64,000 nucleotides of DNA from an uncultured delta proteobacterium. GTDB lineage: Bacteria > Desulfobacterota > Binatia > UBA9968. The translations under genes and the position numbers were made by a program. Below the pieces are notes generated by a model, which was given only the letters and a program-made list of their open reading frames with translations, had not been told where the DNA came from and searched no databases. Positions 28,945 through 38,407 of this stretch are shown here, one piece after another. Where the stretch lies: NCBI GenBank assembly GCA_963840855.1, contig CAWJBB010000040.1, positions 128,001 to 192,000 on the forward strand, given 5' to 3'. Each line of letters opens with the position of its first letter. Position 1 is the stretch's first letter.

Positions 28945-29418
28945 ATGAAAAAAACGATCAGCGTGACGATCAACGGACGTCTGTACGAAGAAGACGTCGA
29001 GCCGCGCCAGCTGCTCGTCCATTTTCTGCGCGAAAATATCGGCCTGACGGGCGCCCATGTCGGCTGCGTCGTGGGCGAATGCGGCGCCTGTTCGATTCTG
29101 CTCGACGGCAAGGTGGTCAAATCTTGTTTGCAGCTCGCGGTGCAAGCCGATGGCCGGGAGATCGTCACCATCGAGGGCTTGGCCAAAGACGGCGAACTCA
29201 ATGCCGTGCAAGAAGCGTTCGTCAAAAATTACGCCTTTCAATGCGGCTACTGCACGCCGGGCATGGTCATCACCAGCCACGCGCTATTGCAAAACAATCC
29301 CAGTCCGAGCGATGAAGAGATTCGTAAAGCGCTGGCGGGCAATCTATGCATGTGCACCGGTTACGTGCAGATCGTCGATGCTGTCAAAGAAGCGGCAAAG
29401 GTAATGAAGAATGGCTAA
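28945..29418 (+). CDS. CoxS-like (2Fe-2S) subunit of a xanthine dehydrogenase-family Mo-hydroxylase
   Basis: GCVVGECGAC, QCGYCTPG and NLCMC. Confidence 0.95.
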   Translation: MKKTISVTINGRLYEEDVEPRQLLVHFLRENIGLTGAHVGCVVGECGACSILLDGKVVKSCLQLAVQADGREIVTIEGLAKDGELNAVQEAFVKNYAFQCGYCTPGMVITSHALLQNNPSPSDEEIRKALAGNLCMCTGYVQIVDAVKEAAKVMKNG

Positions 29419-31837
29419 ATTCGTAGGCAACCGCACGCGCAGCAAAGAAGGCCCGCGGCATGTTACCGGGCGCGGTCTTTTTACCGATGACTTTCAACTG
29501 CCCGGCATGCTCCAGGCGATGATGCTTAGAAGCCCCTACGCGCACGCCAGGATCGTCTCCGTCGACGTATCCGAGGCTCTGAACAATCCCAACGTCTTTG
29601 CGGTGGTCACACCCGACGACGTGAAAAAAAGCACCAGGCCGTTCAAGCCGGGACGCTACGCCGCCGGACTCAAGCGCCAGATCGACGAATACGCCGGCGC
29701 GGTCGAAAAAGTCCGCTACGTCGGCGAGCCCATCGGCGCGGTGGCGGCGCGCGACCGAGGCGCGGCGGAAGACGCCCTGGAACTGATTCAGGTCGAATAC
29801 GATCCGCTGCGCCCGGTGGTCGATGTGCGCGAGGCGATCAAGCCGTCATCGGCCACTCTCTTCGATGAGCTGGGCACAAACCTCGCGTGGAACGGCTCTT
29901 TGACCTACGGCGACATCGAGGCGGCATTTAAGTCCGCCGACCGCGTCGTTAAAGAAAATCTCAAAATCCACCGCTATAGCTCGACGCCGCTGGAGCCGTT
30001 CGTCGTCATCGCATCCTTCGATGCCGCCAGCAAGCGATTGACCGTCTGGGTTACCGCGCAGGTGCCGGAAGTGATCTACGACGGCCTGCGCGAAGCGTTG
30101 GGGCTGCAAGATATTCGCGTCATCATTCCCGATGTCGGCGGCGGCTTCGGCCAGAAGATTCACCTCATCCGCAAGTATGTCGTGCTGGTCTCACTGTTGG
30201 CGATGAAAACCGGCAGGCCGGTGAAATGGATCGAGGACCGCGGCGAGCATATGATGGCCGGCGGCCATGCCTGCGCCCAGGAGATCGAAGCGGAAGCCGC
30301 GGTGAAAGCCGACGGCACGGTGCTGGGCCTGCGCTTCAAAGAATACGACGACGTCGGCGGCTCCATCAGCACCTTGACGATTCATTTCACCAACAAGCTC
30401 AATAATCTTTCCAACACGTACCGCACGCCGGCGATCTCCATGGAAGGTTTTGCGGTGGTAACCAACAAGTGCCCGGTCATTCCTAACCGCGGCATCGGCA
30501 AACCCGGCATGTGCTACATCTGGGAGCGCATGATGGACCGCGTCGCCCAGGCCCTGAACCTCAGCCCTATAGACGTGCGGCGCAAAAATTTGATCCAGCC
30601 CGATGAGATGCCGTACCGGACCATCAGCGGCAACATTTATGACAGCGGCGATTATCCCGGACTGCTATCGACGCTCCTGGCAAAGATCGATTACGACAAA
30701 CTGAGGGAAGAACAGAAACGGGAGCGCGAAAAAGGCCGTCTCATCGGCATCGGCATCGCCGTCGGCGTCGAGCCCGGCGGGCGCAACGCTGCCCGCGACA
30801 TGGCGATCTTCCCCGAGATGAAAGAGCCGCCCGGCTCCGGCGGCGTCAATGGCGCCATCATCAAGCTGGAAAAAAACGGCACCATCGGTCTCCATCTCGG
30901 CTCGCCGAATTGCGGCCAAGCGCATGAAACCACCACTGCGCAGGTCGCCGCCGAAATCCTGGGAACAACTCCCGATCAGATCAGCACCACCATTCCCTTC
31001 GATAGCGATCTGTCGCCCTGGGGCGTAGCCGCCGCCAACAGCGGCAACAACTTTCATCTCTACGATATCGGCGCGGTGCACGGCGCCGCGACCAAACTGC
31101 GCGAGAAAGTTCTCACCCTTTCCGCCCATGTTTTGAATGCCGACGTAAAAGAACTCGTCATCGAAAACGGCGTGGTCCAGGTCCCCGGCTCCCCCGCCAA
31201 AAAAATAACCTTCGCCGAGCTTGGCCGCATCGTCTACAACAACCAGCATCTCTTGCCCGAAGGCATGGAAGCCGGTTTACACGCGACGTTCTACTACACC
31301 TTCCCGCACGCTTATCCGAACATCATTCCGGGCGCCGACCGCTTGGTCAGGGCGCAGTTTACATTTTCCGCCGGCGCTCACGCCGCGGTCGTCGAAGTGG
31401 ATAAGGCCACGGGGCAAGTTCACGTCCTGCGCTATCTGATCGTCGGCGACAACGGCACCGTCATCAACCCCGATGTGGTGAATGGGCAGGTTTACGGTTC
31501 GGCCGCCCATGGCATCGCCGTCGCCCTGGGCGAAGGTTTCATGTACAGCCCGGATGGCCAGCCATTGACGATCACGTATCTGGACTATGGCAAATGCTCG
31601 ACCGCGGAAACCCCTAGAGTCGAAGTCATTCACCAACCATCCCCATCGCCATTTACGCCGCTGGGCCAAAAGGCCGCCGGGGAAGGCGCTGCAATTCCGT
31701 CGCCGGCTGCCATCGCCAGCGCCGTGGAAGACGCGCTGAAACCCTTCGGCGTAAAAGTGTGCGAATTGCCGCTCACACCGGAAGCTGTCTGGCGGCTGGC
31801 GAACAACAATCCGGAAAAAGAGCGGAGGACGTACTAG
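29411..31837 (+). CDS. CoxL-like molybdopterin-binding subunit (not a form I CO dehydrogenase)
   Basis: LRSPYAHARI, DVGGGFGQK, YDSGDY and KAAGEG; active-site loop PNRGIGKP. Confidence 0.9.
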   Translation: MAKFVGNRTRSKEGPRHVTGRGLFTDDFQLPGMLQAMMLRSPYAHARIVSVDVSEALNNPNVFAVVTPDDVKKSTRPFKPGRYAAGLKRQIDEYAGAVEKVRYVGEPIGAVAARDRGAAEDALELIQVEYDPLRPVVDVREAIKPSSATLFDELGTNLAWNGSLTYGDIEAAFKSADRVVKENLKIHRYSSTPLEPFVVIASFDAASKRLTVWVTAQVPEVIYDGLREALGLQDIRVIIPDVGGGFGQKIHLIRKYVVLVSLLAMKTGRPVKWIEDRGEHMMAGGHACAQEIEAEAAVKADGTVLGLRFKEYDDVGGSISTLTIHFTNKLNNLSNTYRTPAISMEGFAVVTNKCPVIPNRGIGKPGMCYIWERMMDRVAQALNLSPIDVRRKNLIQPDEMPYRTISGNIYDSGDYPGLLSTLLAKIDYDKLREEQKREREKGRLIGIGIAVGVEPGGRNAARDMAIFPEMKEPPGSGGVNGAIIKLEKNGTIGLHLGSPNCGQAHETTTAQVAAEILGTTPDQISTTIPFDSDLSPWGVAAANSGNNFHLYDIGAVHGAATKLREKVLTLSAHVLNADVKELVIENGVVQVPGSPAKKITFAELGRIVYNNQHLLPEGMEAGLHATFYYTFPHAYPNIIPGADRLVRAQFTFSAGAHAAVVEVDKATGQVHVLRYLIVGDNGTVINPDVVNGQVYGSAAHGIAVALGEGFMYSPDGQPLTITYLDYGKCSTAETPRVEVIHQPSPSPFTPLGQKAAGEGAAIPSPAAIASAVEDALKPFGVKVCELPLTPEAVWRLANNNPEKERRTY

Positions 31838-31839
31838 CC

Positions 31840-32698
31840 ATGATCCCGGCAGCTTTCGAGTATTACGCGCCCCGCTCGCTCAACGACGCCGTGAGCTATC
31901 TCGCCAGTCATCGCGATGATGTAAAAATTCTCTCCGGCGGGCAGAGCCTCATGCCGCTCTTGAAAATGCGCTTGAGCAAGCCGGCCTATATCGTCGACAT
32001 CGGCAGAATTCCAGGCCTCGATACGATCACGGAAGAGGGCAACCATCTGATCATCGGCGCCCTCGTAACCCACTCCCAAATCGAATCCTCCGGTCTGCTC
32101 AAACAAAAGTGCCCGCTGCTGCCGCAGACGGCGACCACCATCGCCGACGTGCAAGTGCGCAACTGCGGCACCCTGGGCGGCAGCATCGCCCACGCCGATC
32201 CAGCCGGCGACTGGCCGGCGGCGATCCTGGCCCTCGAAGCGGAGATCAAAGTTGCCGGCCCCAGCGGCGAACGATGGGTCAAAGCCGGAGGATTTTTTTT
32301 TAGGACTGTTGATGAGCGTGCTAGAGCCGGACGAAATCGTCACGGCCATCAAAGTGCCGGTCACGGGGCGCGATAAGACCGCCTACTTGAAGGCGGCGCC
32401 GCGCTCGTCTGGATTCGCCGTGGTGGGCGTCGCCGTGCGACTGGCGTTGAACGACGCCGGAACATGCGCGCGCAGTGCCATCGGCATTACCGGCGTCACT
32501 GACAAAGCCTACCGCGCCACTCGCGTCGAACAGATGCTGGCCGGAAAGAAGCTCGACGAAAAGATCATCGAAGACGCCGCGGCGGAAGCGACCCGCAACA
32601 TCGATGTCATCGAAGACATCAACGGCTCCAGCGAGTACCGCGGCCAACTAACTCGCGTCTACGTCGCCCGGGCGATTGAGGCTGCCCTAGCAGATTAG
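31840..32698 (+). CDS. CoxM-like FAD-binding subunit (one +1 indel near 32287)
   Basis: MIPAAFEY, SGGQSLMP and QVRNCGTLGGSIAHADP; continues in ORF 32252-32698. Confidence 0.9.
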
Positions 32699-32759
32699 TC
32701 TGGGGTCTAGCGTCCAGAGTCCGGAGTTAACACCGGACCCAAGACTCTAGACCCAGGAC
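32698..32759. repeat. Heptamer-type inverted repeat between convergent genes (possible bidirectional terminator)
   Basis: gtctggggtctagcgtccagagtccgg...ccggacccaagactctagacccaggac. Confidence 0.6.
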
Positions 32760-32771
32760 CGCGGCAGCGGA

Positions 32772-33080
32772 TTACCTACTTCGGTGGCGCCGGCCGCCGA
32801 AGAACTGTGGATAAGCGTCAATCGGATAGTCAGCGTTGAAGGTGTCGATTCTGGGCTCGTCCGGGAATCTGCTTTCCGTCGAGTGAATGATCCAGCCATC
32901 CTGCTTCCAAACCCCCGCTGACCTGGCATCGCCGCCGCGCTTGATTAGCAGCTCGATGGTCCAATCGCTGACCCCGGCCTGCTTGAGCTTGATGATTTCA
33001 TCCACAGTCAGCGCCTGCGACACCGCCGGACATAGACAAGCCGCGACAATTAACGCCAAAAGAATCCCGATTGTTTTCAT
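32772..33080 (-). CDS. Small secreted hypothetical protein
   Basis: RBS ggagga; signal peptide; LTVDEIIKLKQAGVSD motif. Confidence 0.7.
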   Translation of the reverse strand: MKTIGILLALIVAACLCPAVSQALTVDEIIKLKQAGVSDWTIELLIKRGGDARSAGVWKQDGWIIHSTESRFPDEPRIDTFNADYPIDAYPQFFGGRRHRSR

Positions 33081-33220
33081 TGGTTCCTCCAGTGGATTCC
33101 TCCCGAGCGCGTCTTCGCATATCGAAAATGAAGGGCCGGCGCAAGAGGGCGCTGCTAACCATCCAAGAGCTTTTGATTGAAAGTCGGACTCTGACTTGGG
33201 ATGATGCAGTCGTTCTAACC

Positions 33221-33856
33221 ATGACGAAAAAAGTAAGACTCACGTTCGAAGAGCTAGCTGAAACCTCCTCGGTTACGCTCGGTCACTATGACGAGCACGC
33301 CGAGAGTTTTTGGCAGGGCACGAAGGATCACGACGTAAGCCAGAATCGCGCAGCGTTGTTACAGCATCTTCGCGGCGACCCGCCTTATCGCATTCTCGAC
33401 TTCGGCTGCGGGCCCGGGCGCGACTTGAAATTCTTCAAAGAAATGGGCCACGAAGCCATCGGACTCGACGGCGCGGAGCGCTTCGTCGAGCTTGCGCGCA
33501 GCCATAGCAGCTGTGAAGTTTGGCATCAAGATTTTCTTGGACTCAAATTGCCGGCGGAATATTTTGACGGGATTTTCGCCAACGCGTCACTCTTTCATGT
33601 GCCGAGCCAGGAACTGCCGCGCGTTCTGCGAGAGCTCTGGGCGTCACTGAAACCCGCGGGCGTATTGTTCAGCTCCAATCCGCGCGGTGAAAACCAGGAA
33701 GGCTGGAGCGACGCGCGCTACGGCGTATATTACGATTGGGGGCGCTGGAGTGAATTAGTGGCCGCCGCCGGGTTTACAGAAATCACTCACTACTACCGCC
33801 CGGCAGGACTACCACGCGAGCGACAGCCGTGGCTCGCATCGGTTTGGCGGAAATAA
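33221..33856 (+). CDS. Class I SAM-dependent methyltransferase
   Basis: ILDFGCGPGRD and FDGIFANASLFHVP. Confidence 0.95.
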   Translation: MTKKVRLTFEELAETSSVTLGHYDEHAESFWQGTKDHDVSQNRAALLQHLRGDPPYRILDFGCGPGRDLKFFKEMGHEAIGLDGAERFVELARSHSSCEVWHQDFLGLKLPAEYFDGIFANASLFHVPSQELPRVLRELWASLKPAGVLFSSNPRGENQEGWSDARYGVYYDWGRWSELVAAAGFTEITHYYRPAGLPRERQPWLASVWRK

Positions 33857-34194
33857 AAGTAGGCGGGAGGCGTGAGCCGCGAGGCGAGAGTAAGATAAAA
33901 AAATACAAGTTCAGCAACTTATTGGTTCTAGGCTCTTGCTCATGCCTCAAGCCTCGCGCCTCATGCCTAGTTGGCCAATTGACAGCAACCGCCACATGTA
34001 GCCTGGATGGAGCGCAGCGTAATCCAGGGGCCTCCTGGCTTCGGTTTGGCGGAAAAAAATAGGCGGGAGGCGCGAGGCACGAGCCGTGAGGCGAGAGTAA
34101 GATGCAAAAATACAAGTTCAGCAACTCATTGGTTTCTACGCTCTTGCTCATGCCTCAAGCCTCGCGCCTCATGCCTAGTTGGCCAATTGACAGC
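33839..34194. repeat. Tandem ~150-bp duplication of a heptamer palindromic element, separated by a GTAG-type REP (33998-34028)
   Basis: 33839-33986 and 34041-34194 share tcggtttggcggaaa...aggcgggaggcg...ctcatgcctcaagcctcgcgcctcatgcctagttggccaattgacagc. Confidence 0.9.
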
Positions 34195-34216
34195 CGCGCG
34201 GCGAATCAACTAAGGT
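34187..34216 (+). promoter_or_regulatory. Putative sigma70 promoter TTGACA-N18-TAAGGT for the amidohydrolase
   Basis: Consensus match upstream of RBS aggagg. Confidence 0.5.
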
Positions 34217-34262
34217 GCGGTTAGATTCCACAAACGATCCCAATTCTAAGGAGGACCCGGCG

Positions 34263-35315
34263 ATGGCTGTAGCAAGTGATCTGATTATTTCTGCAGACTC
34301 TCACGTCATGGAACCGCCCGATCTATGGAAGAAAGGCGTGCCGGAGAAATTCCGCGCCGATGCCCCGCTCTTTCCGCCTCACAAGGTCGGCGAAGGATTT
34401 CAGAAACACGCCGGCGGCTGGGACCCGCACGCCCGGATGAAAGAGATGGAAACCGACGGCCTGAGCGCCGAGGTGCTCTACCCGACCTTGATGCTCGATC
34501 TATTCGCCCTCGACGATCCGGCCATGCAAGAAGCCTGTTTCCGCGTCTACAACGACTGGCTCATCGAGTATTGCAGCGCCAACACGGACCGGCTGATTGG
34601 CATTCCGGCGATTGCTGTTTATAACATCGACACCGGCATTAAAGAGCTCGAGCGTTGCCTCAAGGCCGGCCTCAAAGGCGCAATCATCTGGCAAGCGCCG
34701 CACCCGGACCTGCCGTTTAAATCGAGCCACTACGACAAATTCTGGTCCGCTTGCGAAGATCTCGAAGCCCCGGTGAGCCTGCATATTCTCACCGGCCACA
34801 GCTACAACAAGGACAAGACCCGCAAAGGCGTCGAGCGCTATCGCGGCAGCGTCAACTTGAAACTCATGGACATCGCCAATGGGCTTTTCGAGCTGATTTT
34901 CTACGGCGTCCTGGAAAAACACCCAAAGTTGAAGGTCGTCTCGGTGGAAAACGAGAGCGGGTGGATGCCGTGGATATTCCAGCAATGGGATTACTATTAC
35001 AATCGCTTCAAGAAAGAGAACCCGCCGCCGTTTACGCGCAACCCCAGTAGCTTCATCAAAGACCAGGTTTATGCCTGCTTCTTTAACGATCATGTGTGCG
35101 GCGAAAATCTGAAACACTGGGGCCAGGACAACGTCATGTGGTCCAATGATTTTCCCCATCCGAATTCGACCTGGCCCAACTCGCTGAAAATCATCGAGCG
35201 CGATCTCGGCCACCTGCCAGCGGACGTGCAGCGCAAAGTCGTGTGCGGTAACGTCTGCCGGCTCTACGACATCGATGTCTCGAAGCTGCCACGGGTCGAG
35301 AAAAAAGCGGCGTAA
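34263..35315 (+). CDS. Amidohydrolase family protein (Amidohydro_2)
   Basis: SADSHVMEP, AEVLYPT, YNDWL, SLHIL and WSNDFPH. Confidence 0.95.
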   Translation: MAVASDLIISADSHVMEPPDLWKKGVPEKFRADAPLFPPHKVGEGFQKHAGGWDPHARMKEMETDGLSAEVLYPTLMLDLFALDDPAMQEACFRVYNDWLIEYCSANTDRLIGIPAIAVYNIDTGIKELERCLKAGLKGAIIWQAPHPDLPFKSSHYDKFWSACEDLEAPVSLHILTGHSYNKDKTRKGVERYRGSVNLKLMDIANGLFELIFYGVLEKHPKLKVVSVENESGWMPWIFQQWDYYYNRFKKENPPPFTRNPSSFIKDQVYACFFNDHVCGENLKHWGQDNVMWSNDFPHPNSTWPNSLKIIERDLGHLPADVQRKVVCGNVCRLYDIDVSKLPRVEKKAA

Positions 35316-35324
35316 CCACGACCG

Positions 35325-35395
35325 GGTTCAAGGTTTAACGTTCAAGGTTCAACGACCCATCCCCACCTTGAACGTTGAACATTGAACTTTGAACC
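35325..35395. repeat. GTTCAAN heptamer inverted repeat
   Basis: Four forward units, a spacer, then four reverse units. Confidence 0.85.
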
Positions 35396-35418
35396 ATAAT
35401 TCATCCGGGAGGTGGAAA

Positions 35419-35874
35419 GTGGCGCAGCAAATTCGACGCATCCTGTACGCGACCGATTTTTCCAAGGCATCGGCTCGAGCGCTGGATGAAGCGGTCCGTT
35501 TGGCAAAACAAAATCATGCCGAGCTCCTGGTAGTCCACGTGATCGAGCCGGTGGGCCAGTACGCCACCGGAGAAGATTTCGCCGGCGCGGAATTGTACGT
35601 GAAGATGGAAGAAGCAGCCGAGCAGGATGCGCAACGCTCCATGGAGAAGCTCATGCGCAAGCTCAAGCAAGCTAGGGTCAATGCCAAGAGCCTTCTGCTC
35701 AAGGGGCTAGCAGCCCACGAACAGATCGTAAAAGCGGCGAAAAGCCGAAAAGCGAACATGATCGTCATCGGCACCCACGGTCGCACGGGGCTGTCAAAGC
35801 TTGTCATGGGCAGCGTTGCCGGCAAGGTTGTTTCCCTGGCATCCTGCCCAGTGGTTGTTGTCCGAGGCAAATAG
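35419..35874 (+). CDS. Universal stress protein
   Basis: ILYATDFS, IVIGTHGRTGL..MGSVA and CPVVVVR. Confidence 0.95.
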   Translation: MAQQIRRILYATDFSKASARALDEAVRLAKQNHAELLVVHVIEPVGQYATGEDFAGAELYVKMEEAAEQDAQRSMEKLMRKLKQARVNAKSLLLKGLAAHEQIVKAAKSRKANMIVIGTHGRTGLSKLVMGSVAGKVVSLASCPVVVVRGK

Positions 35875-35881
35875 GCGACTG

Positions 35882-36448
35882 ATGGCAGGGGGGTATTCGC
35901 TGGAAAATTTCATCGCCGATCTGGAGCGAATCACCAGCGCCGCAGGGTCGCCGGAAACGATCGTCTCCCAGGCCAGACCTCTCCTGGCTCGACTTGTGAG
36001 CAATCCCGACTGTATCGCGCCACCGTTCAAGCAAAGGGGCGCCACGGCTTACGGACGCTACATGCTGCACCGCGCGCCGCTGTTTAACGTCAGTAGCGTC
36101 GTCTGGGGTCCGGGTGATACCGCGAAAGCGCACAACCATGACACATGGGGACTTGTCGGAGTGGTGGAAAACGAGCTGCAAGAGACGCGTTTTCGCCGGC
36201 GCGACGACGGATCGAAGGAAGGTCACGCCGAACTGGAAATCACGGGGACGAATTGTAACGCCGCGGGCATGGTGTCTACTTTACTGCCACCCGACGACGA
36301 CATCCACGAGATGCTCAACGTCTCGCAAAAAAATACGGTTGAAGTCCACGTCTACGGCAAAGACCTGGCGAACATGAAACGGCTGCGCTTCGACCCGGAG
36401 AAGAAGACGGTTAAATTCTTCGCCAGCGCAAAGTACGACAACTGCTGA
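35882..36448 (+). CDS. Cysteine dioxygenase-family thiol dioxygenase
   Basis: HNHDTWG, DIH and VHVYG (3-His triad plus Tyr). Confidence 0.85.
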   Translation: MAGGYSLENFIADLERITSAAGSPETIVSQARPLLARLVSNPDCIAPPFKQRGATAYGRYMLHRAPLFNVSSVVWGPGDTAKAHNHDTWGLVGVVENELQETRFRRRDDGSKEGHAELEITGTNCNAAGMVSTLLPPDDDIHEMLNVSQKNTVEVHVYGKDLANMKRLRFDPEKKTVKFFASAKYDNC

Positions 36449-36461
36449 CTCGTAACGCTGA

Positions 36462-36491
36462 CCCTCGCCCTCTCCCGCGCGCGGGCGAGGG
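36462..36491. terminator. GC-rich hairpin / REP-like element after the dioxygenase
   Basis: ccctcgccc-N12-gggcgaggg; no clear U-tract. Confidence 0.4.
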
Positions 36492-36623
36492 AACTAGTGA
36501 ACGGTCAACGGCATCAAGCTCGCTTCGTGTTCGAGACTCTTCGACAACCATGAACGGCAACACAAGCAGATCGTAGAACGCTGTGCCTACAGTTCACTAG
36601 ATAGTCTCTGAAAACCAAGAGTC

Positions 36624-38189
36624 TCAGTGCTTTAGCTGCAGTTCCCAATCGAGATAGCGCTGCATTGCCTCTTTATCGCCCGTGATCGAGGGCGAGACAA
36701 CAACATCATTCACTTCCGACCAGCAGGCGGTCAAGCCGTTTTCTGTCTCGTATCCCGCCGCCCGCCACGCTTTGACACCGCCCTCGAGAACAATCACGCT
36801 TGTGTAATCCATCGCCATGAGAGTTCGTGCCGCGAACACGGACTGCCGGCCGTCGGGGCATGTTATCAAGATCGGAGTATGCTTCGCCGGTAAACGGTTC
36901 GGGAGTTTTGATTCCAACCAGCCACGCGAGATCCATTTCGCGCCGGGTACATGAGCTGCTTTATAGTCGGCGCTGCCGCCGACGTCCAAAGTAGTCATGG
37001 AAGCGTAGTGCGGTAGACCGCGAATTTCCCTTGGCTTCAGTATTCTCGCCGACAGCTTCGCCCGTTCATATCCCAGCGGTTCTTTCCGGTCCGCCCCGCG
37101 CGCGAGCGCGCCTCCGCTCTCAGACCACGCCTGAATCCCACCTCGCAGCACTGACACATCGCGAAATCCCATCTGCCCGTACCAATACGCCGCCATCACA
37201 GCGCGCGCGGATCGATTGCTGACAAATATAATCTTACCGTTTCTCACGGCAATGAAATCGTCGGCGCGTTGCACAGCTTGACCGCCGGGCACAGAGATAG
37301 CTCCGACAATATGACCGCTCTCGTACTCACCCTCCGAGCGCACGTCGACGACGTAGGTAACGCCACCGGCGTTACCGGTCGAGGCATCGAGGAGTCTCTC
37401 GGGGGAAATCCAAGTGATCTTCTCTTCCGCGGCGACAAGCTGCGCGAGATCGATAGCTTTTGCGCGGCTCTCTTCCGGCGCGAGAGGCCCTGGCCGATTC
37501 GGTTTCGTCTCCAGATCAAACCCGGCCAGCACCCACCCCATAGTGCCATTGCGCAGTTCAAGAACGTTCGCCAGCCCCAGCCGCTTGAGCGCCGCCGCAC
37601 CGATGATGCTGCGCGTGCGCCCAGCGCAGTTAACGATAACTTTCGTTTCCGGCTTGCGCTTCAAAGCCTCCGCCCAAAGAACCAGATCGCCGCCGGGAAC
37701 GTTGAGCCCGCCGGGTATGCAAAAGCGTCCGTACTCTTCGGGCGTTCTGACGTCAAGGATGACGATCTCGGAGTTTGCGTCGAGCAATTGCTTCAGCTCT
37801 TCGGGCGAGATATCGGGAACAGCCTGCTCGTATTGGACCTTTTCGCCAAAGGCTTTGCTCGGCACGTTGACGCCGCTCGCGGTTGGACGCCCGTCGCGCT
37901 CCCACGCGGTAAGACCGCCATCGAGAACGGAAACATTGCTGTAGCCGAGTTCCGACAAGGTTTGTGCCGCGAGCGCGGCGCGTTCGCCGCCTTCGTCGTA
38001 GACGACCAGCGTAATGTCTCCATTGGGCACGAGCTCAGCGATACGGAACTCGATCTGGCTGCGCGGCAGCGACGTAGCGAATGAGATCTGGCGCGCGTTA
38101 TACTCGCCGCGCTCGCGCACGTCGAAAACCGCATAGAGCGAATTCGAAGCCATCAATTCCGACAATTCGCGGCAAGTGATTGATTCCAT
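36624..38189 (-). CDS. Four-domain rhodanese/sulfurtransferase
   Basis: Four DV(R)...L.GG/NG...W rhodanese units; Cys loop CAGRTRS in domain 2. Confidence 0.9.
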   Translation of the reverse strand: MESITCRELSELMASNSLYAVFDVRERGEYNARQISFATSLPRSQIEFRIAELVPNGDITLVVYDEGGERAALAAQTLSELGYSNVSVLDGGLTAWERDGRPTASGVNVPSKAFGEKVQYEQAVPDISPEELKQLLDANSEIVILDVRTPEEYGRFCIPGGLNVPGGDLVLWAEALKRKPETKVIVNCAGRTRSIIGAAALKRLGLANVLELRNGTMGWVLAGFDLETKPNRPGPLAPEESRAKAIDLAQLVAAEEKITWISPERLLDASTGNAGGVTYVVDVRSEGEYESGHIVGAISVPGGQAVQRADDFIAVRNGKIIFVSNRSARAVMAAYWYGQMGFRDVSVLRGGIQAWSESGGALARGADRKEPLGYERAKLSARILKPREIRGLPHYASMTTLDVGGSADYKAAHVPGAKWISRGWLESKLPNRLPAKHTPILITCPDGRQSVFAARTLMAMDYTSVIVLEGGVKAWRAAGYETENGLTACWSEVNDVVVSPSITGDKEAMQRYLDWELQLKH

Positions 38190-38300
38190 AATTGAACCCT
38201 TTTAACGGCACATTCCGTGGCTTGACCCAACCCGCCTTCTGCTCTACAAGTATCCTGATACCCCGGTGGGCCAAGGGAAACTTACACCACACTTCTGTGC

Positions 38301-38386
38301 GGTTCAAAGTTCAACGTTCAAGGTTCAAAGTTACGGATTGTGTTTACGCGGTTAATACGAGATTGAAATACGTTGAACATTGAACC
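38301..38386. repeat. GTTCAAN heptamer inverted repeat
   Basis: ggttcaaagttcaacgttcaaggttcaaagtt...ttgaacattgaacc. Confidence 0.8.
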
Positions 38387-38407
38387 AGTAGCCCCTCGGA
38401 GGACTCA

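Noticed and set aside
844-29019. Integron/attC cassette array or prophage
   Set aside because: No tyrosine integrase, no RYYYAAC/GTTRRRY-bounded sites and no phage structural genes
28945-32698. Aerobic CO dehydrogenase
   Set aside because: Lacks the AYxCSFR motif, the M-S-L order and coxDEF accessory genes
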